Below are positions 39,401 through 54,400 of a stretch of 64,000 bases of DNA, piece after piece. The first letter of the stretch is position 1. Each line of letters opens with the position of its first letter. Under the pieces are notes generated by a model, which saw only the letters and a program-made list of their open reading frames with translations, was not told where the DNA came from and searched no databases. Origin of the DNA: Eledone cirrhosa (taxonomy: Eukaryota); assembly GCA_964016885.1 (NCBI GenBank), contig OZ024740.1, forward strand, positions 438,650,001-438,714,000, written 5' to 3'. The position numbers were made by a program, and so were the translations under genes.

Positions 39401-42400
39401 TAGATATGTTAGATATGTTAGATATGTTAGATATGTTAGATATGTTAGATATGTTAGATATGTTAGATATGTTAGATATGTTAGGTATGTTAGATATGTT
39501 AGATATGTTAGATATGTTAGATATGTTAGATATGTTAGATATGTTAGATATGTTAGATATGTTAGATATGTTAGATATGTTAGATATGTTAGGTATGTTA
39601 GATATGTTAGATATGTTAGATATGTTAGATATGTTAGATATGTTAGATATGTTAGATATGTTAGATATGTTAGATATGTTAGATATGTTAGATATGTTAG
39701 GTATGTTAGATATGTTAGATATGTTAGATATGTTAGATATGTTAGATCTGTTAGATATGTTAGATATGTTAGATATGTTAGATATGTTAGATATGTTAGA
39801 TATGTTAGATATGTTAGATATGTTAGATATGTTAGATATGTTAGGTATGTTAGATATGTTAGATATGTTAGACATGTTAGACATATTAGATATGTTAGAT
39901 ATGTTAGACATGTTAGATATGTTAGATATGTTAAATATGTTAGATATGTTAGATATGTTAGATATGTTAGATATGTTAGATATGTTAGGTATGTTAGATA
40001 TGTTAAATATGTTAGATATGTTAGATATGTTAGATATGTTAGATATGTTAGATATGTTAGATATGTTAAATATGTTAGATATGTTAGATATGTTAGGTAT
40101 GTTAGATATGTTAGATATGTTAGATATGTTAGATATGTTAGACATGTTAGATATGTTAGATATGTTAGATATGTTAGACATGTTAGACATGTTAGACATG
40201 TTAGATATGTTAGATATGTTAGACATGTTAGATATGTTAGATATGTTAGACATGTTAGACATGTTAGATATGTTAGATATGTTAGATATGTTAGACATGT
40301 TAGACATGTAAGTCATGTTAGATATGTTAGACATGTTAGATATGTTAGACATGTTAGATATGTTAGACATGTTAGATATGTTAGACATGTTAGATATGTT
40401 AGATATGTTAGATATGTTAGACATGTTAGATATGTTAGATATGTTAGATATGTTAGACATGTTAGACATGTAAGATATGTTAGATATGTTAGACATGTTA
40501 GATATGTTAGATATGTTAGATATATTTGATATGTTAGATATGTTAGATATGTTAGACATGTTAGATATGTTAGATATGTTAGACAGTTAGATATATTAGA
40601 GATGTTAGTTATGTTAGATATGTTAGACATGTTAGATATTTTAGATATGTTAGATATGTTAGATATGTTAGATGTGTTAGATATGTTAGATATGTTAGAC
40701 ATGTTAGACATGTTAGACATGTTAGATGTGTTAGACATGTTAGATATGTTAGACATGTTAGATATGTTAGATATGTTAGTTATGTTAAACATGTTAGATA
40801 TGTTAGACATGTTAGATATGTTAGACATGTTAGATATTTTAGATATGTTAGATATGTTAGATATGTTAGACATGTTAGATATGTTAGATATGTTAGATAT
40901 GTTAGATATGTTAGGTATGTTAGATATGTTAGATATGTTAGATATGTTAGATATGTTAGATATGTTAGGTATGTTAGATATGTTAGATATGTTAGATATG
41001 TTAGATATGTTAGATATGTTAGATATGTTAGATATGTTAGATATGTTAGATATGTTAGATATGTTAGGTATGTTAGATATGTTAGATATGTTAGATATGT
41101 TAGATATGTTAGATATGTTAGATATGTTAGATATGTTAGATATGTTAGGTATGTTAGATATGTTAGATATGTTAGATATGTTAGATATGTTAGATATGTT
41201 AGATATGTTAGATATGTTAGATATGTTAGATATGTTAGATATGTTAGGTATGTTAGATATGTTAGATATGTTAGATATGTTAGATATGTTAGATATGTTA
41301 GATATGTTAGATATGTTAGATATGTTAGATATGTTAGATATGTTAGGTATGTTAGATATGTTAGATATGTTAGATATGTTAGATATGTTAGATATGTTAG
41401 ATATGTTAGATATGTTAGATATGTTAGGTATGTTAGATATGTTAGATATGTTAGATATGTTAGATATGTTAGATATGTTAGATATGTTAGATATGTTAGA
41501 TATGTTAGATATGTTAGGTATGTTAGATATGTTAGATATGTTAGATATGTTAGATATGTTAGATATGTTAGATATGTTAGATATGTTAGATATGTTAGAT
41601 ATGTTAGGTATGTTAGATATGTTAGATATGTTAGATATGTTAGATATGTTAGATATGTTAGATATGTTAGATATGTTAGATATGTTAGATATGTTAGATA
41701 TGTTAGATATGTTAGGTATGTTAGATATGTTAGATATGTTAGATATGTTAGATATGTTAGATATGTTAGATATGTTAGATATGTTAGATATGTTAGATAT
41801 GTTAGATATGTTAGATATGTTAGGTATGTTAGATATGTTAGATATGTTAGATATGTTAGATATGTTAGATATGTTAGATATGTTAGATATGTTAGATATG
41901 TTAGATATGTTAGATATGTTAGATATGTTAGGTATGTTAGATATGTTAGATATGTTAGATATGTTAGATATGTTAGATCTGTTAGATATGTTAGATATGT
42001 TAGATATGTTAGATATGTTAGATATGTTAGATATGTTAGATATGTTAGATATGTTAGATATGTTAGATATGTTAGGTATGTTAGATATGTTAGATATGTT
42101 AGACATGTTAGACATATTAGATATGTTAGATATGTTAGACATGTTAGATATGTTAGATATGTTAAATATGTTAGATATGTTAGATATGTTAGATATGTTA
42201 GATATGTTAGATATGTTAGGTATGTTAGATATGTTAAATATGTTAGATATGTTAGATATGTTAGATATGTTAGATATGTTAGATATGTTAGATATGTTAA
42301 ATATGTTAGATATGTTAGATATGTTAGGTATGTTAGATATGTTAGATATGTTAGATATGTTAGATATGTTAGACATGTTAGATATGTTAGATATGTTAGA

Positions 42401-45400
42401 TATGTTAGACATGTTAGACATGTTAGACATGTTAGATATGTTAGATATGTTAGACATGTTAGATATGTTAGATATGTTAGACATGTTAGACATGTTAGAT
42501 ATGTTAGATATGTTAGATATGTTAGACATGTTAGACATGTAAGTCATGTTAGATATGTTAGACATGTTAGATATGTTAGACATGTTAGATATGTTAGACA
42601 TGTTAGATATGTTAGACATGTTAGATATGTTAGATATGTTAGATATGTTAGACATGTTAGATATGTTAGATATGTTAGATATGTTAGACATGTTAGACAT
42701 GTAAGATATGTTAGATATGTTAGACATGTTAGATATGTTAGATATGTTAGATATATTTGATATGTTAGATATGTTAGATATGTTAGACGTGTTAGATATG
42801 TTAGATATGTTAGACAGTTAGATATATTAGAGATGTTAGTTATGTTAGATATGTTAGACATGTTAGATATTTTAGATATGTTAGATATGTTAGATATGTT
42901 AGATGTGTTAGATATGTTAGATATGTTAGATATGTTAGATATGTTAGACATGTTAGATATGTTAGATATGTTAGACATGTTAGATATGTTAGACATGTTA
43001 GATATGTTAGACATGTTAGATATGTTAGACATGTTAGACATGTAAGATATGTTAGATATTTTAGATATGTTAGATATGTTAGACATGTTAGATATGTTAG
43101 ATATGTTAGACATGTTAGATATGTTAGACATGTTAGATATGTTAGAGATGTTAGATATGTTAGATTTGTTAGATTTGTTAGATATGTTAGATATGTTATG
43201 TTAGTTATGTTAGATATGTTAGATATGTTATGTTAGATATGTTAGACATGTTAGATATGTTAGATATGTTAGATATGTTAGATATGTTAGATTTGTTAGA
43301 TATGTTATGTTAGTTATGTTAGATATGTTAGATATGTTATGTTAGATATGTTAGATATGTTAGATTTGTTAGATTTGTTAGATATGTTATGTTAGTTATG
43401 TTAGATATGTTAGATATGTTATGTTAGATATGTTAGACATGTTAGATATGTTAGATATGTTAGATATGTTAGATATGTTAGACATGTTAGATGTGTTAGA
43501 CATGTTAGATATGTTAGACATGTTAGATATGTTAGATATGTTAGTTATGTTAAACATGTTAGATATGTTAGACATGTTAGATATGTTAGACATGTTAGAT
43601 ATTTTAGATATGTTAGATATGTTAGATATGTTAGACATGTTAGATATGTTAGATATGTTAGATATGTTAGGTATGTTAGATATGTTAGATATGTTAGATA
43701 TGTTAGACATATTAGATATGTTAGATATGTTAGACATGTTAGACATGTTAGATATGTTAGATATGTTAGATATGTTAGATATGTTAGATATGTTACACAT
43801 GTTAGACATGTAAGTCATGTTAGATATGTTAGACATGTTAGATATGTTAGACATGTTAGATATGTTAGACATGTTATATATGTTAGACATGTTAGATATG
43901 TTAGATATGTTAGATATGTTAGACATGTTAGATATGTTAGATATGTTAGATATGTTAGACATGTTAGACATGTAAGATATGTTAGATATGTTAGACATGT
44001 TAGATATGTTAGATATGTTAGATATGTTAGACATGTTAGATATGTTAGATATGTTAGATATGTTAGACATGTTAGATATGTTAGATATGTTAGATATGTT
44101 AGACATGTTAGATATGTTAGATATGTTAGATATGTTAGACATGTTAGATATGTTAGATATGTTAGATATGTTAGATATGTTATATATGTTAGATATGTTA
44201 GATATGTTAGATATGTTAGACATGTTAGATATGTTAGATATGTAAGATATGTTAGATATGTTAGACATGTTAGATATGTTAGATATGTTAGATATGTCAG
44301 ACATGTTAGATATGTTAGATATGTTAGACATGTTAGACATGTTAGATATGTTAGACATGTTAGATATGTTAGACATGTTAGACATGTAAGATATGTTAGA
44401 TATTTTACATATGTTAGATATGTTAGATATGTTAGATATTTTACATATGTTAGATATGTTAGACATGTTAGATATGTTAGATATGTTAGACATGTTAGAT
44501 ATGTTAGACATGTTAGATATGTTAGATATGTTAGACATGTTAGATATGTTAGATATGTTAGACATGTTAGATATGTTAGACATGTTAGATATGTTAGATA
44601 TGTTAGACATGTTAGACATGTTAGATATGTTAGATATGTTAGATATGTCAGACATGTTAGATATGTTAGATATGTTAGACATGTTAGACATGTTAGATAT
44701 GTTAGACATGTTAGATATGTTAGACATGTTAGACATGTAAGATATGTTAGATATTTTACATATGTTAGATATGTTAGACATGTTAGATATGTTAGATATG
44801 TTAGACATGTTAGATATGTTAGAGATGTTAGATATGATAGACATGTTAGATATGTTAGATATGTTAGATTTGTTAGATTTGCTAGACATGTTAGATATGT
44901 TAGATATGTTAGATATGTTATGTTAGATATGTTAGACATGTTAGATATGTTAGATATGTTAAATATGTTAGACATGTTAGATATGTTAGATATGTTAGAT
45001 ATGTTAGACATGTTAGATATGTTAGATATGTTAGACATGTTAGATGTGTTAGACATGTTAGAGGTGTTAGACATGTTAGATATGTTAGATATGTTAGACA
45101 TGTTAGATATGTTAGATATGTTAGTTATGTTAAACATGTTAGATATGTTAGACATGTTAGATATGTTAGACATGTTAGATATTTTAGATATGTTAGATAT
45201 GTTAGATATGTTAGATATGTTAGATATGTTAGAAATGTTAGATATGTTAGACATGTTAGAGGTGTTCGACATGTCAGATATGTTAGATATGTTAGATATG
45301 TTAGATATATTAGATGAGTTAGATATGTTAGATATGTTAGATATGTTAGATATGTTAGACATGTTAGATATGTTAGATATTTTAGACATGTTAGATATGT

Positions 45401-48400
45401 TAGATATGTTAGATATGTTAGATATGTTAGATATGTTAGATATGTTAGACATGTTAGATGTGTTAGACATGTTAGATATGTTAGATATGTTAGACATGTT
45501 TGATATGTTAGATATGTTAGATATGTTAGATTTGTTAGATTTGTTAGATATGTTATGTTAGTTATGTTAGATATGTTAGACATGTTAGATATGTTAGATA
45601 TGTTATGTTAGATATGTTAGACATGTTAGATATGTTAGATATGTTAGACATGTTAGTTGTGTTAGACATGTTAGATATGTTAGACATGTTAGATATGTTA
45701 GATATGTTAGATATGTTAGACATGTTAGATATGTTAGATATGTTAGATATTTTAGATATGTTAGATATGTTAGATATGTTAGATATGTTAGACATGTTAG
45801 ACATGTTAGATATGTTAGATATGTTAGACATGTTAGATATGTTAGATATGTTAGACATTTTAGATATGTTAGATATGTTAGATATGTTAGATATGTTAGA
45901 CATGTTAGATATGTTTGATATGTTAGATAAGTTAGATATGTTAGATATGTTAGACATGTTAGACATGTTGGATATGTTAGATATGTTAGATATGTTAGAT
46001 ATGTTAGATATGTTAGATATGTTAGATATGTTAGATATATTAGATATGTTAGATATGTTAGATATATTAGATATGTTAGACATGTTAGATATGTTAGACA
46101 TGTTAGATATGTCAGATATGTTAGATATGTTAGATATGTTAGACATGTTAGAGGTGTTAGACATGTTAGATATGTTAGATATGTTAGATATGTTAGATAT
46201 GTTAGATATGTTAGATATGTTAGATATGTTAGATATGTTAGATATATTAGATATGTTAGACATGTTAGATATGTTAGACATGTTAGATATGTCAGATATG
46301 TTAGATATGTTAGATATGTTAGACATGTTAGATATGTTAGATATGTTAGATATGTTAGATATGTTAGATATGTTAGACATGTTAGATATTTTAGATATGT
46401 TAGACATGGATATGTTAGACATGTTAGATATGTTAGACATGTTAGACATGTAAGATATGTTATATATGTTAGACATGTTAGATATGTTAGATATGTTAGA
46501 TATGTTAGATATGTTAGATATGTTAGATATGTTAGACATGTTAGATATGTTAGATATGTTAGATATGTTAGATATGTTAGATATGTTAGATATGTTAGAT
46601 ATGTTAGACATGTTAGACATGTTAGATATCTTAGATATGTTAGACATGTTAGACATGTTAGATATGTTAGATATTTTAAATATGTTAGATATGTTAGATA
46701 TGTTAGATATGTTAGATATGTTAGACATGTTAGATATGTTAGATATGTTAGACATGTTAGATATGTTAGACATGTTAGATATGTTAGATATGTTAGATAT
46801 GTTAGATATGTTAGATATCTTAGATATGTTAGACATGTTAGACATGTTAGATATGTTAGATATGTTAGACATGTTAGATATGTTAGACATGTTAGACATG
46901 TAAGATATGTTAGATATGTTAGACATGTTAGACATGTTAGATATGTTAGACATGTTAGATATGTTAGATATGTTAGACATGTTAGATATGTTAGATATGT
47001 TAGATATATTTGATATGTTAGATATGTTAGATATGTTAGACATGTTAGATATGTTAGATATGTTAGACATGTTAGACATGTTAGATATGTTAGACAGTTA
47101 GATATATTAGAGATGTTAATTATGTTAGATATGTTAGACATGTTAGATATTTTAGATATGTTATATGTGTTAGATATGTTAGATATGTTAGATATGTTAG
47201 ATATGTTAGACATGTTAGATATGTTAGACATGTTAGACATGTTAGATATGTTAGACATGTTAGATATGTTAGATATGTTAGATTTGTTAGATTTGTTAGA
47301 TATGTTATGTTAGTTATGTTAGATATGTTAGATATGTTAGATATGTTAGATATGTTAGATATGTTAGACATGTTAGATATGTTAGATATGTTAGACATGT
47401 TAGATATGTTAGACATGTTAGACATGTTAGATATGTTAGACATGTTAGATATGTTAGATATGTTAGATTTGTTAGATTTGTTAGATATGTTATGTTAGAT
47501 ATGTAAGATATGTTAGATATGTTAGATATGTTAGATATGTTAGACATGTTAGATATGTTAGATATGTTAGACATGTTAGATATGTTAGACATGTTAGACA
47601 TGTTAGATATGTTAGACATGTTAGATATGTTAGATATGTTAGATTTGTTAGATTTGTTAGATATGTTATGTTAGATATGTAAGATATGTTAGATATGTTA
47701 GATATGTTAGATATGTTAGACATGTTAGATATGTTAGATATGTTAGACATGTTAGATATGTTAGACATGTTAGATATGTTAGATATGTTAGATTTGTTAG
47801 ATTTGTTAGATATGTTATGTTAGTTATGTTAGATATGTTAGATATGTTATGTTAGATATGTTAGACATGTTAGATATGTTAGATATGTTAGATATGTTAG
47901 ATATGTTAGATATGTTAGATATGTTAGACATGGTAGATGTGTTAGACATGTTAGATATGTTAGACATGTTAGATATTTTAGATATGTTAGATATGTTAGA
48001 TATGTTAGACATGTTAGATATGTTCGATATGTTAGATATGTTAGATATGTTAGATATGTTAGATATGTTAGACATGTTAGTGGTGTTAGACATGTTAGAT
48101 ATGTTAGATATGTTAGATATGTTAGATATGTTAGATATGTTAGATATGTTAGACATGTTAGACATGTTAGACATGTTAGATATGTTAGATATGTTAGACA
48201 TGTTAGATATGTTAGATATGTTAGATATGTTAGATATGTTAGACATGTTAGATATGTTAGATATGTTAGACATGTTAGACATGTTGGATATGTTAGATAT
48301 GTTAGATATGTTAGACATGTTATATATGTTAGATATGTTAGATATGTTAGATATGTTAGGTATGTTAGATATGTTAGATATGTTAGATATATTAGATATG

Positions 48401-51400
48401 TTAGACATGTTAGACATGTTAGACATGTTAGATATGTCAGATATGTTAGATATGTTAGATATATTAGATATGTTAGATATGTTAGATATGTTAGATATGT
48501 TAGATATGTTAGACATGTTAGATATGTTAGATATGTTAGATATATTAGATATGTTAGATACGTTAGATATGTTAGACATGTTAGACATGTTAGATATGTT
48601 AGATATGTCAGATATGTTAGATATGTTAGATATATTAGATATGTTAGATATGTTAGATATGTTAGATATGTTAGATATGTTAGATATGTTAGATATGTTA
48701 GATCTGTTAGATATGTTCGATATGTTAGATATGTTAGACATGTTAGACATGTTAGATATGTTAGATATGTTAGATATGTTAGATATGTTAGATATGTTAG
48801 ATATGTTAGATATATTAGACATGTTAGATATGTTAGATATGTTAGATATATTAGATATGTTAGATATGTTAGATATGTTAGACATGTTAGATGTGTTAGA
48901 CATGTTAAATATGTTAGATATGTTAGTTATGTTAAACATGTTAGATATGTTAGACATGTTAGATATGTTAGACATGTTAGATATTTTAGATATGTTAGAT
49001 ATGTTAGATATGTTAGACATGTTAGATATGTTCGATATGTTAGATATGTTAGATATGTTAGACATGTTAGACATGTTAGATATGTTAGATATGTTAGATA
49101 TGTTAGATATGTTAGACATGTTAGACATGTTAGATATGTTAGATATGTTAGATATGTTAGATATGTTAGATATGTTAGATATGTTAGATATGTTAGACAT
49201 GTTAGACATGTTAGATATGTTAGATATGTTAGATATGTTAGATATGTTAGACATGTTAGACATGTTAGATATGTTAGATATGTTAGATATGTTAGATATG
49301 TTAGACATGTTAGACATGTTAGATATGTTAGATATGTTAGATATGTTAGATATGTTAGACATGTTAGACATGTTAGATATGTTAGATATGTTAGATATGT
49401 TAGATATGTTAGACATGTTAGACATGTTAGATATGTTAGACATGTTAGATATGTTTGATATGTTAGATATGTTAGATATGTTAGACATGTTAGACATGTT
49501 GGATATGTTAGATATGTTAGATATGTTAGATATGTTAGATATGTTAGATATGTTAGATATGTTAGATATGTTAGATATGTTAGACATGTTAGATATGTTT
49601 GATATGTTAGATATGTTAGACATGTTAGATATGTTAGATATGTTAGATATGTTAGATATGTTAGATATGTTAGACATGTTAGATATGTTAGATATGTTAG
49701 ACATGTTAGATATGTTAGACATGTTAGATATGTTAGATATGTTAGATATGTTAGACATGTTAGACATGTTAGATATGTTAGATATGTTAGATATGTTAGA
49801 TATGTTAGATATGTTAGACATGTTAGATATGTTAGATATGTTAGATATGTTAGATATGTTAGACATGTTAGATATGTTAGACATGTTAGATATGTTAGAT
49901 ATGTTAGACATGTTAGATATTTTAAATATGTTAGATATGTTAGATATGTTAGATATGTTAGATATGTTAGATATGTTAGATATGTTAGATATGTTAGATA
50001 TGTTAGACATGTTAGACATGTTAGATATGTTAGACATTTTAGACATGTAAGATATGTTAGACATGTTAGACATGTTAGACATGTTAGATATGTTAGATAT
50101 GTTAGACATGTTAGATATGTTAGATATGTTAGATATGTTAGACATGTTAGATATGTTAGATATGTTAGATATGTTAGATATGTTAGATATGTTAAATATG
50201 TTAGATATGTTAGATATGTTAGATATGTTAGACACGTTAGAGATGTTAGATATGTTAGACATGTTAGATATGTTAGATATGTTAAATATGTTAGATATGT
50301 TAGATATGTTAGATTTGTTAGAGATGTTAGATATGTTAGATATGTTAGACATGTTAGACATATTAGATATGTTAGATATGTTAGATATGTTAGATATGTT
50401 AAATATGTTAGCCATGTTAGATATGTTAGATATGTTAGATATGTTAGATATGTTAGATATGTTAGATATGTTAGACATGTTAGATATGTTAGATATGTTA
50501 GATATGTTAGATACGTTAGATATGTTAGATATGTTAGATATGTTATATATGTTAGATAAGTTAGATATGTTAGATATGTTAGACATGTTAGATATGTTAG
50601 ATATGTTAGATATGTTAGATATGTTAGATATGTTAGATATGTTAGATATGACAGATATGTTAGATATGTTAGATATGTTAGATTTGTTAGAGATGTTAGA
50701 TATGTTAGATATGTTAGACATGTTAGACATATTAGATATGTTAGATATGTTAGATATGTTAAATATGTTAGATATGTTAGACATGTTAGATATGTTAGAT
50801 ATGTTAGATATGTTAGATATGTTAGATATGTTATATATGTTAGATAAGTTAGATATGTTAGATATGTTAGACATGTTAGATATGTTAGATATGTAAGATA
50901 TGTTAGATATGTTAGATATGTTAGATATGTTAGATATGTTAGATATGTTAGACATGTTAGATATGTTAGATATGTTAGACATGTTAGATATGTTAGACAT
51001 GTTAGATATGTTAGATATGTTAGATATGTTAGACATGTTAGATATGTTAGATATGTTATGTTAGATATGTTAGATATGTTAGATATGTTAGATATGTTAG
51101 ATATGTTAGACATGTTAGATATGTTAGACATGTTAGATATGTTAGATATGTTAGACATGTTAGATATGTTAGACATGTTAGATATGTTAGATATGTTAGA
51201 TATGTTAGACATGTTAGATATGTTAGATATGTTATGTTAGATATGTTAGATATGTTAGATATGTTAAACATGTTAGATATGTTAGATATGTTAGATATGT
51301 TAGACATGTTAGATATGTTAGACATGTTAGATATGTTAGATATGTTAGACATGTTAGATATGTTAGATATGTTAAACATGTTAGATATGTTAGACATGTT

Positions 51401-54400
51401 AGATATGTTAGATATGTTAGACATGTTAGATATGTTAGATATGTTAGACATGTTAGATATGTTAGATATGTTAGACATGTTAGATATGTTAGATATGTTA
51501 TATATGTTAGACATGTTAGATATGTTAGATATGTTAGATATGTTAGATATTTTAGATATGTTAAATATGTTAGATATGTTAGACATGTTAGACATGTTAG
51601 ATATGTTAGATATGTTAGACATGTTAGATATGTTAGATATGTTAGATATGTTAGACATGTTAGATATGTTAGATATGTTAGATATGTTAGATATGTTAGA
51701 TATGTTAAATATGTTAGATATGTTAGTGATGTTAGATATGTTAGACATGTTAGATATGTTAGATATGTTAGATATGTTAGATATGTTAGATATGATAGAT
51801 ATGTTAGATTTGTCAGAGATGTTAGATATGTTAGATATGTTAGACATGTTAGACATATTAGATATGTTAGATATGTTAGATATGTAAGATATGTTAAATA
51901 TGTTAGACATGTTAGATATGTTAGATATGTTAGATATGTTAGATATGTTAGATATGTTAGACATGTTAGATATGTTAGATATGTTTGACATGTTAGATAT
52001 GTTAGATATGTTAGATATGTTAGATATGTTAGATATGTTAGATAAGTTAGATATGTTAGATATGTTAGACATGTTACATATGTTAGATTTGTTAGATATG
52101 TTAGACATGTTAGATATGTTAGATATGTTAGATATGTTAGATATGTTAGATATGTTAAATATGTTAGATATGTTAGATATGTTAGATATGTTAGACACGT
52201 TAGAGATGTTAGATATGTTAGACATGTTAGATATGTTAGATATGTTAGATATGTTAGACATGTTAGATATGTTAGACATTTTAGACATGTAAGATATGTT
52301 AGATATGTTAGACATGTTAGATATGATAGATAGATTAGACATGTTAGATATGTTAGATATGTTAGATATATTAGATATGTTAGATATGTTAGATATGTTA
52401 GATATGTTAGATATATTAGACATGTTAGATATGTTAGATATGTTAGATATATTAGATATGTTAGATATGTTAGATATGTTAAATATGTTAGATATGTTAG
52501 ATATGTTAGATATGACAGATATGTTAGACATGTTAGACATGTTAGATATGTTAGATATGTTAGACATGTTAGATATGTTAGATATGTTAGATATGTTAGT
52601 CATGTTAGATATGATAGATATGTTAGACATGTTAGATATGTTAGATATGTTAGATATGTTAGATATGTTAGATATGTTAGATATGTTAGATATATTAGAC
52701 ATGTTAGATATGTTAGATATGTTAGATATATTAGATATGTTAGATATGTTAGATATGTTAGATATGTTAGATATGTTAGATATGACAGATATGTTAGACA
52801 TGTTAGACATGTTAGATATGTTAGATATGTTAGACATGTTAGATATGTTAGATATGTTAGATATGTTAGACATGTTAGATATGTTAGATATGTTAGACAT
52901 GTTAGATATGTTAGACATGTTAGATATGTTAGATATGTTAGATATGTTAGACATGTTAGATATGTTAGACATGCTAGACTTGTTAGACATGTAAGATATG
53001 TTAGATATGTTAGACATGTTAGATATGTTAGATATGTTAGATATATTAGATATGTTAGATATGTTAGATATGTTTGACATGTTAGATATGTTAAATATGT
53101 TAGACATGTTAGACATGTTAGACATGTAAGATATGTTATATATGTTAGACATGTTAGATATGTTAGATATGTTAGATATGTTAGATATGTTAGATATGTT
53201 AGACATGTTAGATATGTTAGATATGTTAGACATGTTAGATATGTTAGACATGTTAGATATGTTAGATATGTTAGATATGTTAGATATGTTAGATATGTTA
53301 GATATATTAGATATGTTAGATATGTTAGATATGTTAGATATGTTAGATATGTTAGATATGTTAGATATGTTAGACATGTTAGATATGTTAGATATGTTAG
53401 ATATGTTAGACATGGATATGTTAGACATGTTAGAAATGTTAAATATGTTAGATATGGTAGATATATTAGATATGTTAGATATGTTAGATATGTTAGATAT
53501 GTTAGATATCTTAGATATGTTAGACATGTTAGACATGTTAGATATGTTAGACATGTTAGATATGTTAAACATGTTAGATATGTTAGACATGTTAGATATG
53601 TTAGACATGTTAGATATTTTAGATATGTTAGATATGGCAGATATGTTAGACATGTCAGACATGTTAGATATGTTAGATATGTTAGACATGTTAGATATTT
53701 TAAATATGTTAGATATGTTAGACATGTTAGATATGTTAGATATGTTAGATATGTTAGACATGTTAGATATGTTAGATATGTTAGATATGTTAGATATGTT
53801 AGATATGTTAGATATGTTAGATATGTTAGATATGTTAGATATGTTAGATATGTTAGATATGTTAGATATGTTAGATATGTTAGATATGTTAGACATGGAT
53901 ATGTTAGACATGTTAGATATGTTAGAAATGTTAGACATGTTAGATATGTTAGATATGTTAGACATGTTAGATATGTTAGATATGTTAGACATGTTAGATA
54001 AGTTAGATATGTTAGATATGTTAGACATGTTAGATATGTTAGATATGTTAGATATGTTAGATATGTTAGATATGTTAGATATGTTAGATATGTTAGATAT
54101 GTTAGATATGTTAGATATGTTAGATATGTTAGATATGTTAGACATGGATATGTTAGACATGTTAGATATGTTAGATATGTTAGATATGTTAGACATGGAT
54201 ATGTTAGACATGTTAGATATGTTAGATATGTTAGACATGTTAGATATGTTAGATATGTTAGACATGTTAGATAAGTTAGATATGTTAGATATGTTAGACA
54301 TGTTAGATATGTTAGATATGTTAGATATGTTAGATATGTTAGATATGTTAGATATGTTAGATATGTTAGATATGTTAGATATGTTAGATATGTTAGATAT

